8,920 bases of DNA from an uncultured archaeon (GTDB lineage: Archaea > Asgardarchaeota > Lokiarchaeia > Sigyniarchaeales > Promethearchaeaceae). A model generated the notes under the pieces. It did not search any database. It was not told the DNA's origin and saw nothing but the letters and a program-made list of their open reading frames with translations. The stretch spans positions 8,674 through 17,593 of the forward strand of contig CAYRPF010000069.1 in the NCBI GenBank assembly GCA_964426185.1, read 5' to 3'. Positions 7,221 through 8,920 of the stretch are shown piece after piece. Position numbers and translations under genes: made by a program. The stretch's first letter is position 1, and each line of letters begins with the position of its first letter.

Positions 7221-7997
7221 CTAATAATAATAATATTTTTTTAACCATAGTATTGATTTTTGAATAAATTCTTCAAGATGATGATCTTTAAAATCATGAT
7301 TAGCGCCATCGACTTCAATTCGCTTATGATTTTCATCCTTTGGCATGTGTCGGATTGCTTCTCGTGTAAATTCGGGTGGAAGAGTGGTATCTGCCGAACC
7401 ATGGATGATTAAGCTTGGTGTTGAAAATTGTTCTAATTCTTTATTCATATCTATTGCATCAATTTCTTGCATAAATTTATCATTTATTAAAATTGGGGGA
7501 TAATCACCGGAAGATTTCCGTTTAATAGGGGTCAAATGTAAGAATTTAGCAACTTTCATCATTAAACGATCTTTTTTTCTGAACAACCTGTTTAAATAAA
7601 AACCTGGAGCCCAAAATATAGCACATTTTCTTTCGGGAATTTTGGCTAATAATGCAGTTAATCCCCCAAAACTTAAACCAATTGTATTTATTTTTGAATA
7701 TCCCTTTTCTTTAACCCATTGAGCCACATCTTCAAGATCTTGGATTTGATGTGATAATAATACTGGTTCTCGTTCATTTTCACCAGATCCAAAAAAATCG
7801 AATATCAAAGTATCAAATCCTGCATTATTTAATGATTTTGCTGAAGTTGGAAATCTTCCCCATTCTGATTTATCTCCTGTAAAACCGTGGCACATGATAA
7901 CTATAGGTGGTAAGACATCTTGCTTTTCGCAAGAATAAAGTATTCCATGTAAGATTCCACCATTTTTCCTTGGAATCTGAATTTTTTGCTCTGCCAT
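7221..7997 (-). CDS. Alpha/beta-fold serine hydrolase (esterase/peptidase-like)
   Basis: Oxyanion motif HGFTG, FDFFGSGEN, nucleophile elbow GLSFGG, Asp in HGSADTT and His in GANHDF, giving an intact Ser-Asp-His triad. The start is placed at ATG 7997 (MAEQKIQI) rather than TTG 8066. Confidence 0.92.
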   Translation of the reverse strand: MAEQKIQIPRKNGGILHGILYSCEKQDVLPPIVIMCHGFTGDKSEWGRFPTSAKSLNNAGFDTLIFDFFGSGENEREPVLLSHQIQDLEDVAQWVKEKGYSKINTIGLSFGGLTALLAKIPERKCAIFWAPGFYLNRLFRKKDRLMMKVAKFLHLTPIKRKSSGDYPPILINDKFMQEIDAIDMNKELEQFSTPSLIIHGSADTTLPPEFTREAIRHMPKDENHKRIEVDGANHDFKDHHLEEFIQKSILWLKKYYYY

Positions 7998-8070
7998 TTT
8001 TTCATCAATTCCTTCAGTTATTTTATTAGCATCATTTCTTTTCCTTTTTTTCCTATTAGTTTCCAACCCG

Positions 8071-8085
8071 CTTAAATCTTTCCCT
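8071..8085 (-). promoter_or_regulatory. Putative BRE + TATA promoter of the alpha/beta hydrolase
   Basis: The minus strand reads GGGAAAAGA-TTTAAG, a typical archaeal BRE/TATA arrangement. It implies a start site near 8047, which is downstream of TTG 8066. Confidence 0.4.
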
Positions 8086-8229
8086 TTGTTATTTGGTGTT
8101 TATCCGACAATAGCGTTAATTGTGATGGAATGTATTCAAGTGATCATGCTTAATTATTTGACAATGGAATAATTAGATCTAATGTTAGCGATTTGGCAAA
8201 ACAAGATGAATTTCTGAATCAGAATTCTT

Positions 8230-8853
8230 CTATTCTTGAATTAAAACAGCTCGGACCATTCCACCTTCTGCTTTAATTTTTAGTGGGAATCCCACAAATA
8301 AGTATTCTCCCGGCTCCACAGCACTCAAATCTAATCCTTCGTATACTAAAATTCGATGAAGAAGGAGTGCTCGATGAGTTTCATATGAGCCAATGGTTAA
8401 AGAATCAATTCCTACGGCCTTTATTTGGCATCTGTTTAAATATTCGGCGCCTTCAGAACTAAGATCCACCCAATCTTCATGGAATGATTTGTATCCCACC
8501 TTGCTATTACCCGTTTTAAACAAGATAATCAAATTTTTACAGTTTTGAGGGGAAGGTAGTTGACTTTTAAGCTGTTGCACCGAGATACTCTCACCTAAAG
8601 AAGTATCGTTTAAATCTACCACTAAAGCTTTTCCATAACATCTTTCTAACTCAATTTCACTGACGGGTTTTCCTGAAGCCGAAATATGTAAATCGGTGTC
8701 GACGTGAGTTCCCGAGTGAGTACTTAAAGAGAGTCCAGTCAAATTCCATTGATCTTTTTCTACATTCTTAAGTTGTTGCAGTTTTACCGTCATATCTCCT
8801 GGATAAATAACTAAAGATTCATCCAATTGTAAACTAATATCGTAGAATTTCAT
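8230..8853 (-). CDS. Cyclase family protein (kynurenine formamidase KynB-like metal-dependent hydrolase)
   Basis: YDIS, YPGD, metal-binding HSGTHVDTDLH, LFKTG, VGIDSL, the His in ETHRALL, the Glu in YEGL, and FPLKI..AEGGMVRAV. The start is placed at ATG 8853 behind an SD. Confidence 0.92.
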   Translation of the reverse strand: MKFYDISLQLDESLVIYPGDMTVKLQQLKNVEKDQWNLTGLSLSTHSGTHVDTDLHISASGKPVSEIELERCYGKALVVDLNDTSLGESISVQQLKSQLPSPQNCKNLIILFKTGNSKVGYKSFHEDWVDLSSEGAEYLNRCQIKAVGIDSLTIGSYETHRALLLHRILVYEGLDLSAVEPGEYLFVGFPLKIKAEGGMVRAVLIQE

Positions 8854-8861
8854 GTTTTTAT

Positions 8862-8867
8862 TCACCT
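8862..8867 (-). promoter_or_regulatory. Shine-Dalgarno AGGTGA for the cyclase gene
   Basis: The minus strand reads AGGTGA-ATAAAAAC-ATG (8-nt spacer). The GTG chosen by the ORF track (8865) lies inside this SD. Confidence 0.65.
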
Positions 8868-8892
8868 TTGAATTTCGAAAAAAGAATAATGC

Positions 8893-8910
8893 TTTTAATA
8901 AATGGTTTTG
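8893..8910 (-). promoter_or_regulatory. Putative BRE/TATA promoter of the cyclase gene
   Basis: The minus strand reads CAAAACCA-TTTATTAAAA, about 25 nt upstream of the SD-containing leader. Confidence 0.35.
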
Positions 8911-8920
8911 TTGCAGATCC

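Noticed and set aside
7998-8066. Basic NLS-like N-terminal extension (RKKRKR) on the hydrolase
   Set aside because: It arises from a TTG start in a purine-rich upstream tract. The fold begins at ATG 7997, and promoter geometry argues against the longer start.
7130-8222. 11-mer AGATGAATTTC at 7130 and 8204, each within or overlapping a 6-bp-arm palindrome
   Set aside because: Matches of this length are expected by chance in AT-rich sequence, and the two palindromes differ.

Overview
AT-rich prokaryotic window, probably archaeal. This is inferred from BRE/TATA-like boxes about 25-33 nt before several start codons, an AGGTGA Shine-Dalgarno and oligo-T gene ends. The gene content is reminiscent of Lokiarchaeia/Asgard archaea, but that is unverified. 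The + strand carries a TDT/SLAC1-family anion transporter, an NAD+/Mn2+-dependent GH4 glycosidase, an ~860-aa fusion of a CrtQ/CruC/HpnB-like GT2 glycosyltransferase with a multi-TM acyltransferase domain (AT3/HGSNAT-DUF1624-like), and a decayed M19 membrane dipeptidase pseudogene spread over two frames. The - strand carries a cyclase/KynB-family metallohydrolase, an alpha/beta hydrolase and a class I SAM methyltransferase. The most notable item is the GT2-acyltransferase fusion, a candidate single-polypeptide 'glycosylate then acylate' enzyme for a membrane lipid. No mobile elements, CRISPR arrays or RNA genes were seen.
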